The notes: generated by a model not told the origin, from the letters alone. A stretch of DNA of 26,651 nt from Candidatus Helarchaeota archaeon (GCA_029838215.1 JALGVI010000041.1:1-26651); one strand, 5' to 3'. Positions 1 through 7,994 are shown, numbered from the stretch's first letter. Program-made: numbers and translations.

Positions 1-126
1 AACCTCCTGCACTGTTCTAAATGCGGGAAAGATGTCAACAGGCACGAGAACGCCGCAAGGAACATCGCAAGGCGCGGGCAGGACGCATGGGACGAATTCG
101 CCGCCGCCATTGGTACTTCCACCTGA
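1..126 (+). CDS. tnpB: C-terminal fragment of a TnpB/Cas12f-like RNA-guided endonuclease (IS200/IS605 or IS607 family), 5'-truncated by the window edge
   Basis: Not in the ORF track. Frame +1 from base 1 reads NLLHCSKCGKDVNRHENAARNIARRGQDAWDEFAAAIGTST* (TGA 124-126), matching the TnpB C-terminal CxxCG...RDxNAAxNI Zn-ribbon/RuvC-III signature. Manual count gives 70/120 G+C in 1-120, far above the AT-rich background. Confidence 0.8.
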   Translation, partial: NLLHCSKCGKDVNRHENAARNIARRGQDAWDEFAAAIGTST

Positions 127-160
127 CGAAAAACATTAATATAAATAAAATCATCATCAT

Positions 161-266
161 GACGCACCCCAAAGGTGCGCGTTTCCGTCTTCTGATGGGA
201 CGGAACTCCCTTGGACGAGGACGTGTCTCCCGGCACGTCCATTAATGTCCAAGTTTATACCATCAG
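161..266 (+). ncRNA. Putative omega-RNA/reRNA scaffold and right end of the tnpB element
   Basis: GC-rich stems directly after the tnpB stop: cgcacc 163-168/ggtgcg 174-179; ttccgtc 183-189/gacggaa 199-205; ggacgtg 219-225/cacgtcc 234-240 nested in cttggac 210-216/gtccaag 247-253. Sequence turns AT-rich after about 266. TnpB omega-RNAs are known to derive from the 3' end of the element. Boundaries are approximate. Confidence 0.5.
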
Positions 267-314
267 TAATAAATAAATGCTTGAGAAATTAAGAAATACA
301 TGATTTAAAAGGTG

Positions 315-824
315 ATGAAATTGAAGATTCTCGTTACGTATTACACGCAGACAGGAAACACAGAAATAATGGCAAAAAAAATCGAAGAAGCATTAAATTC
401 TCATGACGTAACAGTCAAAGAAGTTAAAAATACAGATCCTAATGAAATAAGTCAATATGATCTCGTATTTCTTGGAACGGGTGTTTACGCAAATGGGATT
501 ACAGGGCAGCTGAAAAAGTTTCTTAAAGGTCTCCCTGAAGGTCCTGCCAAGTTTGCTTTCTTTGTTGGACATGCAAATCCAGATCCGGCATTTTGGGCAA
601 AGCCGATTAAAAAAATGGAAAAAACAATAACTCAAAAAAATGCCGAGGTCGTCGCCAAATTCGATTGCATCGGTGAAAATAAGGATGAAAAAGTAGTTGC
701 CTTGTTAAAAGCTCAGATGCCGCAGTTGATTCCTGCGATAGAAAGTGCAGTCGGTCATCCGAATGATGCGGACTTAGAAAATTTAAAGAATTTCGCAGTA
801 AAAACGTGCGATGAATGCAAGTGA
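315..824 (+). CDS. Flavodoxin family protein
   Basis: N-terminal YYTQTGNTE FMN phosphate-binding loop, DLVFLGTGVY strand, about 170 aa. ATG 315 follows GTG 312 and an AGGTG RBS-like motif. Confidence 0.85.
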   Translation: MKLKILVTYYTQTGNTEIMAKKIEEALNSHDVTVKEVKNTDPNEISQYDLVFLGTGVYANGITGQLKKFLKGLPEGPAKFAFFVGHANPDPAFWAKPIKKMEKTITQKNAEVVAKFDCIGENKDEKVVALLKAQMPQLIPAIESAVGHPNDADLENLKNFAVKTCDECK

Positions 825-835
825 AACAAAAATCT

Positions 836-853
836 TCGTTTTTTACTTTTTTT
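836..853 (+). terminator. Possible archaeal oligo-T terminator between convergent genes
   Basis: T-rich tract (tcgttttttactttttttat) right after the flavodoxin stop, abutting the stop codon of the convergent GTPase gene. Confidence 0.3.
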
Positions 854-1820
854 ATATCATGAGGTTATCCACGGCAAGTTTCATTGCAATTCGCCCGAAT
901 GCTTTATCGACATTTGTTCCAGTTTTTGCACTGGTTTCGATATAAGGCATCCCGTAACTATCGGCGACTTCTTTTGCAGCCATGAATTCAACTTTTCTGT
1001 CCAGATCGATTTTATTTCCAACGAGAATTGACTTGATGTATTTTAAGGCACCAATTTCAGCTTCCAAGTTCTTGACCCATTCGTGGATTTTTTCAAGGCT
1101 ATTGGGAGCGGTAACATCAAACACGAAAATTGCTGCTTGTGTGCCGCGGAAGTAACTCTTCCTGATTTTTCTGAAATATTTTTGTCCTGCTAAATCGTAA
1201 ATGGCAAATTTAATCTCGACGTTTTCAAAGAGGTTATAAGACTTCGTCAAGATATTCACGCCAATAGTTGATTTGTAATCGGCACTGAACTTCTTTTCAA
1301 CAAATTGATTTATGAGCGATGTCTTTCCGACGGCCCCTTCACCTAATACTATCAGTTTAAACGTGAAACGCGTGTCATGCTTCTGTGATAAATCGGGCAT
1401 CTCTAAGCTAATATCAGATTTCCCTAAATCGATGATTTGAGATATTTTTTCCGCAGCAATGTAACTATACGGAAGAATTTTGCTTGTATCAGCATCCTCA
1501 TTTGTCAGCGTGACTAACATTGCTTTGGTACCGGCTTGCGTGAAGATGAAAGTCCCCTGTTCCGTGTCTATCGTGACTCCATAATGTCCAGCAATGCTAA
1601 ACTCATTCTTGATTCGATCAGAAGCCATTTGAAACGCAGCGGAGATTCCACCAACAGCTTCTTCGTCAATGATGCGGGGGTCCATCTCAGAAGCAACTAT
1701 GAGACCTTCACTATCTACTATTGCCGTGGCTAAGACATCTTTTGAAAAGACGACATAATTATGCAATAATTGGTTGAATTTATCTTGTAACGCCAAAACG
1801 CGTCCATCCTGCCTTCCCAT
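852..1820 (-). CDS. Roadblock/LC7 (MglB-like) domain fused to a Rab-like small GTPase
   Basis: N-terminal roadblock pattern (VLATAIVDSEGLIVAS...VTIDTEQGTFIFTQAGTKAMLVTL). C-terminal G1 GEGAVGKT, G2 STIGV, G3 DLAGQ, G4 NKID, G5 ETSAK, and Rab-like YFRGT and FVFDVT. The ORF track starts at 1910; the ATG at 1820 (MGRQDG) is the more plausible start. Confidence 0.9.
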   Translation of the reverse strand: MGRQDGRVLALQDKFNQLLHNYVVFSKDVLATAIVDSEGLIVASEMDPRIIDEEAVGGISAAFQMASDRIKNEFSIAGHYGVTIDTEQGTFIFTQAGTKAMLVTLTNEDADTSKILPYSYIAAEKISQIIDLGKSDISLEMPDLSQKHDTRFTFKLIVLGEGAVGKTSLINQFVEKKFSADYKSTIGVNILTKSYNLFENVEIKFAIYDLAGQKYFRKIRKSYFRGTQAAIFVFDVTAPNSLEKIHEWVKNLEAEIGALKYIKSILVGNKIDLDRKVEFMAAKEVADSYGMPYIETSAKTGTNVDKAFGRIAMKLAVDNLMI

Positions 1821-1954
1821 GATCAGATAGGAATGACCATTGTGTGGTTTTAATGGTAGTCTATATCTATATAATATACGAATTATGTCGAAATTTTTAA
1901 ACTTTTGCAATTAAACTTAGGATAAAAATATAAGGATTCGTTAAGGAGGCTTAA

Positions 1955-2293
1955 TTGATGTTTACAACAGATTCTTCAATAAATTGCTTCACGTGTAAAA
2001 ACTTCAAGCGAATCCATTACCTTTCTAAGTTCATAGCGTTCTGCATGGAGCACGATTTTGCATTAGAGAACTTTTATAAATCAGATCCTCTTTTAAAAAC
2101 AAATTCTCGCTTATTAATCTGCAAGAACTTCGATCTTCATTCCGATTATTTCCATTTAGAAAGCGATTATGTTGCGTTTCAGCAGAACATGGGCTCTATT
2201 TTAGAAGAAAACGTGCTGTACACGTACGTGCCAAATACCTATAAATTGGAAAAATACCGCGATATTTCGAAAATCGAAACAGATAAACAATAA
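1955..2293 (+). CDS. Hypothetical protein with several Cys/His residues
   Basis: 112-aa ORF with a strong RBS (aaggagg) just upstream; CFTC, C-x-x-H and a further Cys; no family recognised. Confidence 0.55.
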   Translation: MMFTTDSSINCFTCKNFKRIHYLSKFIAFCMEHDFALENFYKSDPLLKTNSRLLICKNFDLHSDYFHLESDYVAFQQNMGSILEENVLYTYVPNTYKLEKYRDISKIETDKQ

Positions 2294-2307
2294 TACTTCA
2301 GTTAAAT

Positions 2308-2898
2308 TTATATTTCAGGATCACTACCTTCGAGGAAGTCCTTGATCTCTTCCATCGTGGTTGGTACGTGCAATTTTTGATTATACAGGTCCCGCGTGAT
2401 TTTCTGAAATTCTCTCTCTAAAATTTCTCTCTTGTCATATTGAAATTCATTCATTTCTTCAATGATTCTTTCATTAAGGATTTGCAAGATGGCAACTCGT
2501 TCTTGATGAAAATAATTCAGGCGATCCAGCAATACTTCCTTGAGTCTATCGATGGTTTCAATTAGCCTATCTTGATGTTCTTTAAAGAAAAGGAATTTAT
2601 TTCGATACTTTGCGTTTAACTTGAAAGTTTTCATCTTCCAATCTTTCTCAAATTGCTTGATTTCATTTTTAAGTGTTTCAACTTCATCTTTTAATCGCTC
2701 AATTTGAAGCTGTTTCTCTCGCATCATTTCATCTTTTTGTAATAAGATGGAATTCAATTCGATGATCTTCGATTCTAACGAATCTTTCTCGTTTTTTAAA
2801 TCCTTGAATTTGAGAACCCATAATCCTAGCTCTCTTTCGAGCTCATTTTTATCTAACGAATCTTGCAAGTCGATCACGACCATTTTAACTAATTTCAA
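2308..2898 (-). CDS. Hypothetical coiled-coil protein
   Basis: 196-aa ORF rich in E/K/L with heptad-like periodicity (LKNEKDSLESKIIELNSILLQKDE...); start may be ATG 2883. Confidence 0.65.
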   Translation of the reverse strand: MKLVKMVVIDLQDSLDKNELERELGLWVLKFKDLKNEKDSLESKIIELNSILLQKDEMMREKQLQIERLKDEVETLKNEIKQFEKDWKMKTFKLNAKYRNKFLFFKEHQDRLIETIDRLKEVLLDRLNYFHQERVAILQILNERIIEEMNEFQYDKREILEREFQKITRDLYNQKLHVPTTMEEIKDFLEGSDPEI

Positions 2899-3044
2899 TT
2901 GAAGAAAACATGAGTAGAAAATTACTCATACAAATTTAAGAACGATTCTTTAATTAATATTTAAATTGAGTTTAACGAAACTAAAATATATATAACGGAA
3001 TGATATCGAAATATCATGCCGGAAGAACGAGGAGTTCCTTTTTG

Positions 3045-3395
3045 ATGAGTCTTCGAATGAAATTAGAAAAAACCGCCAAGTCTGTAAGTCGGATCGGCAG
3101 TTTAGTTGGAAAAACCTTGAATAATCTCTTACCAATTTCCAATTCGAATGTTTTTTTTAACGTGATAGATGACCAATCATACACGTTACAAATTGAAGAA
3201 TCAACAGCACGCGTGATCGAAGGGAAAGCCAGCCCCATAACTTTAGAGTTACGAGCAACCAAAGAAGCCTTTGAAAAATGGTTTAATGGCGAAAAAAGCT
3301 TTGAATCATGTTGGGTCAATGGCGAGATCGAAATCGTTAATGCTCGAAATAGCCTGCTTAAGGCTCTGATGGTCGGCATGCTTGTTGGGATGTGA
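3045..3395 (+). CDS. SCP2 sterol/lipid-binding domain protein
   Basis: SCP2-like pattern (TLELRATKEAFEKWFNGEKSFESCWVNGEIEIVN). RBS gaggag 3029-3034 favours TTG 3042/ATG 3045 over the ORF-track start at 3000. Confidence 0.7.
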   Translation: MSLRMKLEKTAKSVSRIGSLVGKTLNNLLPISNSNVFFNVIDDQSYTLQIEESTARVIEGKASPITLELRATKEAFEKWFNGEKSFESCWVNGEIEIVNARNSLLKALMVGMLVGM

Positions 3396-4882
3396 TGATC
3401 ATGGCAACAGCAACAGAAAAATTAGCTAAATATGCGCGCGAGATGACGTTTGACAAGATTCCTGCGAAAACTGTAAAAATTGCCAAGATGCAACTCATGA
3501 ACATGATTGCCACAATTTTTGCGGGAGCCAAAACCAAGCCGGGTAAGATCATTTTTGATGCTTTTAAAGATGCAGGAGGTCATCCTTCTGCCACGATAAT
3601 TGGTTCTGGTGTCAAGGTAGCCCTTGACAAGGCAGTATTAATAAACGGAACTTATGCACAAGCCTTGGATTATGAGGATTATGGCATGCCCATGCATAAT
3701 GGTTGTACCGTGGTTCCCGTGAGTCTGGGTTATTGCGAAGTCTTAAAATTATCGGGAAAAGATCTCCTCCTGGGAATGATTTTGGGCAATGAGATCAATT
3801 CCAGAATTGGAATGAGCCTGTTCCCTTCCGTGACGACGGGTCAAACAATGGACCCTCTCGTGCATCCGATCTCCACGGCAGTGATCGGGGCGAGACTCCA
3901 AGGGTTCGAAATGGAACAAATAGTAAATGCCATTGGAATTGCGGCATATCTTCCTCAATACCCCATCCTGAAGGGATTCTTTGGACCTCATAGCAAGGTG
4001 CTGACTTCTTCTTTACCCGCACTGAATGGAATCATTGCTTGCCAACTTGCGGCAAAAGGATTTACGGGGTCACATCAGATATTCACGGCACCCGATGGAT
4101 TCTGTAACCTGATGGCAGACCTACCTTCTCCAGATCGCATCACCATCGGACTCGATCATGACCTTTGGATGACCGATACGCTGTCCTTCAAGCTCTATCC
4201 AGGATGTGCTTACCTTGATGCCCCTCTTGATTGCGTGTTCCAAATCCTTGAAAAAAATCCCACTCTTGACCCGGATAAAATTGAAAAAGTTAGCGTGAAA
4301 TTACCGGGGTTGGGCACGATCAGCATGAACCTGTCCGATCGTCCCGAGTCAACAATAGAAGGATTGCAAAAACCTGATTCTTCTTATGTCATTCTGAATT
4401 TTAATGTTCCTTATAATATTGCGGCAGCACTAATTGATAAAGAACTGACTCCGAGACAATTTACCGATGATCGCATTCTCGATCCAAAAATCCATGAATT
4501 AGCCAAAAAAGTCCACGTGGAAACAGATATTGCCATGACCGTGCAAATTTTTCAATCATTTCTCCCTGAAGGAAAAACGCTCACTTCAATTGATCCGAAA
4601 AATCTCACGTCTATCTTGGTTGAAGCATTAAAAGGCGACTTTAAATGGGAATTCGGAAGCAAGGTAATCATCAAGACGACCGATGGGACAAAATTCAGGG
4701 CATCTACCAAGATCGCAAGGGCTTCGGCAGGAAATCATGACATCAAATTTATAGAAGACAAGTTCAAGCGCGAAGCAGCGGACTTTGGATTTGATGAACA
4801 GAAAATTTCGGAGTGCTTGAAAATCTTGAATGAAATTGAAGCACATGACTCCCTTGACCCACTGATTTCAATTATCGGGTGA
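3392..4882 (+). CDS. MmgE/PrpD family protein (2-methylcitrate dehydratase/IDS epimerase superfamily)
   Basis: N-terminal TEKLAKYAREMTFDKIP, AVLINGTYAQALDYED, and FKLYPGC motifs; about 495 aa; overlaps the SCP2 stop codon. Confidence 0.85.
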   Translation: MMIMATATEKLAKYAREMTFDKIPAKTVKIAKMQLMNMIATIFAGAKTKPGKIIFDAFKDAGGHPSATIIGSGVKVALDKAVLINGTYAQALDYEDYGMPMHNGCTVVPVSLGYCEVLKLSGKDLLLGMILGNEINSRIGMSLFPSVTTGQTMDPLVHPISTAVIGARLQGFEMEQIVNAIGIAAYLPQYPILKGFFGPHSKVLTSSLPALNGIIACQLAAKGFTGSHQIFTAPDGFCNLMADLPSPDRITIGLDHDLWMTDTLSFKLYPGCAYLDAPLDCVFQILEKNPTLDPDKIEKVSVKLPGLGTISMNLSDRPESTIEGLQKPDSSYVILNFNVPYNIAAALIDKELTPRQFTDDRILDPKIHELAKKVHVETDIAMTVQIFQSFLPEGKTLTSIDPKNLTSILVEALKGDFKWEFGSKVIIKTTDGTKFRASTKIARASAGNHDIKFIEDKFKREAADFGFDEQKISECLKILNEIEAHDSLDPLISIIG

Positions 4883-4887
4883 CTTAC

Positions 4888-5712
4888 ATGTGCGAATTTT
4901 GTCAAAAACACGGTGGTTCGGCAAAACGGTGGTATCTAAATCCCTCCAATTTCCGGGAAGACCTGCTTGAAGATAAAGGACGAATAAAAGTCCTAAAGGA
5001 TATCTGTGGTTGGGGAATCGATTATTACATCGATTATGCAAGTCGTATGATGTCCAAGACAACTTGGCCAGTCTTTGGTTCGGTAATTCGTAAAATTGGA
5101 AATCTAATGGCACCGAGTAGGCATAGTGGTCAGGTCATTCCCATTGAAGAAGCATTACAACTGCTTCCTCTTGCTGATAACTTTGTAGCTCTGGAATGTG
5201 CTTGTTGCCGTCTTGTCAGCGGCGAACGGAAACCGGTTTGTATCAATTTCGGTCCAATCAAGCATTATTTTGAGACTCTAAAGCCGTCCGAACGGATGGA
5301 AACACTTACTCTAGACGAAGCACGAGCCCGCTTGAAAGAACATGATGAGCAAGGCATGATTCATCAGGTCTTGGTAGCAAAAATGCCATATCCCATCGTC
5401 ATTTGCAATTGCAACCTCAAGTATTGCACGGCTTTCAAGCAACGACTTAATTGGAACGTAGAACGTGCCGTGCTAAAAAGTCATCACGTCATTCAAATTG
5501 ATCAAAATAAGTGCGATGGTTGCTCGGATTTAAAACAACCGGCTTGTGTCAGTCGGTGCCAAGTAAATGCACTCATCCATGACAAAGAAAACGAAAAGAT
5601 CATCATAAAAACAGAAAGGTGTTTTGGATGCGGTGTTTGTAGAATCGCCTGTCCTACTCGAGCCCTTACATTGACGGAACGAGAACCGCTCCTAGGTCCA
5701 AAATCTTATTGA
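4888..5712 (+). CDS. Cys-rich 4Fe-4S dicluster domain protein
   Basis: Starts MCEFCQKHG; internal CACCR and ICNC...YC; C-terminal CDGC...PACVSRC and CFGCGVCRIACP ferredoxin motifs. The ORF track starts at GTG 4879. Confidence 0.8.
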   Translation: MCEFCQKHGGSAKRWYLNPSNFREDLLEDKGRIKVLKDICGWGIDYYIDYASRMMSKTTWPVFGSVIRKIGNLMAPSRHSGQVIPIEEALQLLPLADNFVALECACCRLVSGERKPVCINFGPIKHYFETLKPSERMETLTLDEARARLKEHDEQGMIHQVLVAKMPYPIVICNCNLKYCTAFKQRLNWNVERAVLKSHHVIQIDQNKCDGCSDLKQPACVSRCQVNALIHDKENEKIIIKTERCFGCGVCRIACPTRALTLTEREPLLGPKSY

Positions 5713-5723
5713 AGGTCTTGTTC

Positions 5724-5966
5724 ATGAAAATTAAAATAACCATAAGTAAGAATTGCACGGATGCAGGAAATTGCGAAAAATGCTTGCAAGTCTGCCCTGA
5801 AGGAGTATTTCTTTTAGTCCCACACGGGAAATATGTTCCTGAAAAACTCAAGGATGTTGAAACATTAAAGTATTCGGTCGCACCGCGTTTTAAAGAGAAC
5901 TGCACGGCATGTTTGTTGTGTGTCGAAGCCTGTCCCGTCGGTGCCATCACAATTAAAAACTCGTGA
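5724..5966 (+). CDS. 2[4Fe-4S] ferredoxin
   Basis: CTDAGNCEKCLQVCP and CTACLLCVEACP motifs; RBS gaaggt before ATG 5724 (ORF track starts at TTG 5709). Confidence 0.85.
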   Translation: MKIKITISKNCTDAGNCEKCLQVCPEGVFLLVPHGKYVPEKLKDVETLKYSVAPRFKENCTACLLCVEACPVGAITIKNS

Positions 5967-5980
5967 GTTGTTGATAAAGC

Positions 5981-6463
5981 ATGAGACTCCGTTATCGCGT
6001 TCTTTGCTTGAGTAGCATCCTGCTTTTATTCTTGTTTGGTTTCATTAATTATTTCTTGTTTTTTCCGCCAACAAGCACCTACACGAATTATATTGTTGGA
6101 GTTGATGAGTTATTACAATACCAAGACCTTTATGAAGGATATAACGTCATAATTTGGGGCGAACCGTACAACGTGTCATCAGATGAAGTTTACCTCCAAG
6201 GACAGCTTGGTTTTATCAAAATAAATTGTTCCTACATTGATGTCTCAGATGTCACGCCTCAGATCAACACGTATTTCCTAGGAACGTGCAGGTTGTCGTC
6301 TGAAGGACAGGTCATCGCTCAGGTTCATCACGTGTTGATCAGCTACTCGCTCTTATACTCGTTGATCGGTCTGGTTTTCATCGTGATCATTCTGTTTGTT
6401 GCATTGAAATTTCATCCCAAAAAATTCTCTTGGGAGTTAAGGAGGAAGCCGAAGGATGCCTGA
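5981..6463 (+). CDS. Hypothetical membrane protein with N- and C-terminal TM helices
   Basis: Hydrophobic LSSILLLFLFGFINYFLFF and LLYSLIGLVFIVIILFVAL flanking a soluble domain; overlaps the next gene. Confidence 0.7.
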   Translation: MRLRYRVLCLSSILLLFLFGFINYFLFFPPTSTYTNYIVGVDELLQYQDLYEGYNVIIWGEPYNVSSDEVYLQGQLGFIKINCSYIDVSDVTPQINTYFLGTCRLSSEGQVIAQVHHVLISYSLLYSLIGLVFIVIILFVALKFHPKKFSWELRRKPKDA

Positions 6464-7022
6464 CTGGGTTGCTCACATCTGCATTTCATTCATCATCATT
6501 TGGGTTTTGGGCAAGACCAGACTCAACTCGCATCGCGGATATTTCAACTTATTCATGCTTGGATCCGTGATGCCTGATTTGGAACGTCCACTTAGTTATC
6601 TTTTCAGTTTTGTTTTCGAAAATGTTCCTTTTCTACACGGGATTTTTTATAGCACGTTCTGCAGTCTATTCCACACGTTAGTTGGCGTGTTCATTATTTC
6701 GCTCGTGCTAACTTCATTCTTCCCGGATGATAATGCGAAGCTGGTTTATTTCTCATTTGCCATCGGCGGAGTCCTTCATCTATTACTGGATTCAATCATG
6801 TGGCCTTGGCCGGGCATGGGAATCCAGTGGTTCTGGCCGATTCCTTGGAGATTTTCATTTCTGCTGGTTTGGCCCGGAGATCCTTTCCCTTTGATCATCA
6901 GTGGCACGATTGCATTAATTCTCATCGGTGTTGATTTAATCGTTTTTAAGAGATTCTACATTTACGATTTATCAGATAAGCTCGATGCATTTTTTAAGAA
7001 CAAATCTACAAGGAATATTTGA
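6456..7022 (+). CDS. Membrane-bound metal-dependent hydrolase (YdjM-like)
   Basis: MPDWVAH, GSVMPDLE, FHTL and HLLLD motifs typical of this family, with several TM segments. Confidence 0.8.
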   Translation: MPDWVAHICISFIIIWVLGKTRLNSHRGYFNLFMLGSVMPDLERPLSYLFSFVFENVPFLHGIFYSTFCSLFHTLVGVFIISLVLTSFFPDDNAKLVYFSFAIGGVLHLLLDSIMWPWPGMGIQWFWPIPWRFSFLLVWPGDPFPLIISGTIALILIGVDLIVFKRFYIYDLSDKLDAFFKNKSTRNI

Positions 7023-7105
7023 TAGGAATGAATCGAATTTCCATCTCAAATAGAAGGATATTCCAACACGATATATTAAATAATTTAAAAAAGGCGGTGA
7101 AATAA

Positions 7106-7345
7106 ATAAGACTCGAAATCAGATTTGGAGAGACCGCTCCTAATTTCACGTTACCCAGCACGGCAGGATCTCCAATGACTTCGAGCGAGTTTCGAAACAA
7201 GAAAAACGTGGTCTTGGTTTTCTTTCGAGGTACTTTTTAAGTACCGTGCCGTGTTCAACTCATGACGTTAAAGAAGCATTAAGATGGTATCAAAGAGTTG
7301 GAAGCAGAAATTTTGGCGACATGCACAGGAACATTAGAGAAAATT
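7106..7345 (+). pseudogene. Degraded, 3'-truncated peroxiredoxin-like (AhpC/TSA, thioredoxin-fold) gene
   Basis: Not in the ORF track. Frame from 7106 reads IRLEIRFGETAPNFTLPSTAGSPMTSSEFRNKKNVVLVFFRGTF*VPCRVQLMTLKKH*DGIKELEAEILATCTG. There is ATA (7106) instead of ATG 5 nt after a GGTGA RBS, TAA at 7238-7240 at the first position of the CxxC-type motif, and TAA at 7280-7282. Similarity fades where the convergent gene's stop codon begins. Confidence 0.8.
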
Positions 7346-7961
7346 ATACCAGAATTAACTTACCAGCAAGACTAACCTCATATCTTGCACGTGTTATCTG
7401 AGTTAGGAGTCCTAAATTTTTCAATTCCTTAATGTGTGTATAAATCATCGGCTTGCTTAAATTTACTTCAGATTTGAAAAACTCAATTTTTAATTCTGGA
7501 TTTTTTGAAAATAATTCGAGAATTTGTCTTTGCTTCGGTTTTAGTTCCCAACTCACGATCGGAAGTTCAATGATCGCATCGGTTTCCTGAGCCATGTAAA
7601 AAAGCTTCTTTACCTTACCAATTCTCTGATATGCCGCGTAAAGCACGCCTGCAAAAATGGTCTTTCGTCCTCCCGTCACGTTGCACGTGATCTCATATCC
7701 TTTTTCGTGAAGGTCATCTATCAGGTTCTTTACGATCTTGCATATTTGGACAATATCATATGCAGGAATGTGAATGATCTCATAATTTATTTCAAAGCCA
7801 TCCAAGAGATTCTTTAATTCCTGAAAATTTTCCTTCTTAGTGATTTGCGGATCATACAAGATCAGATTTTTGTCGACAGGAATCCTTTGGATCCCCTTTG
7901 TTACAGGTGCCGTGAATCTGAAAAATGTTGAAATCAAAGCATTTTTTTTGCGATCGTTCAC
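7344..7961 (-). CDS. csa3: Csa3-like CARF-domain plus winged-HTH transcriptional regulator
   Basis: N-terminal ALISTF strand, Rossmann-like CARF with CNVTGGRK ligand-binding motif, and C-terminal wHTH (KQRQILELF...LSKPMIYTHIKELKNLGLL...YEVSLAG). GTG start with a GGTGG RBS. The symbol denotes the family, not orthology. Confidence 0.8.
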   Translation of the reverse strand: MNDRKKNALISTFFRFTAPVTKGIQRIPVDKNLILYDPQITKKENFQELKNLLDGFEINYEIIHIPAYDIVQICKIVKNLIDDLHEKGYEITCNVTGGRKTIFAGVLYAAYQRIGKVKKLFYMAQETDAIIELPIVSWELKPKQRQILELFSKNPELKIEFFKSEVNLSKPMIYTHIKELKNLGLLTQITRARYEVSLAGKLILV

Positions 7962-7994
7962 GAGATACCACCATGTTAGATATGGAGTTTTTAG

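Larger units (their letters stand above)
1..266 (+). mobile_element. Right end of an IS200/IS605-like (or IS607-like) element
   Basis: tnpB C-terminus, subterminal hairpins and a GC-to-AT transition. The transposase and left end would lie outside the window; the exact end is uncertain. Confidence 0.55.

Noticed and set aside
21-245. 74-aa ORF-track protein MRERCQQ...
   Set aside because: Off-frame shadow of the tnpB C-terminus (real frame is +1 from base 1) running through the hairpin region; no protein-like features.
1821-1910. N-terminal extension of the Roadblock-Rab ORF
   Set aside because: AT-rich, promoter-like sequence shared with the divergent gene; the roadblock domain begins after Met at 1820.
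3014-3379. 121-aa antisense ORF
   Set aside because: Fully antisense to the SCP2 gene, which has a recognisable fold and RBS.
7006-7200. 64-aa minus-strand ORF
   Set aside because: Antisense to the peroxiredoxin relic, which explains the sequence better.
7238-7282. Stop-codon reassignment (TAA read-through) as an explanation for the in-frame stops
   Set aside because: TAA terminates many intact genes in this window, and the gene also has a damaged start and a truncated 3' end, so pseudogenisation is simpler.
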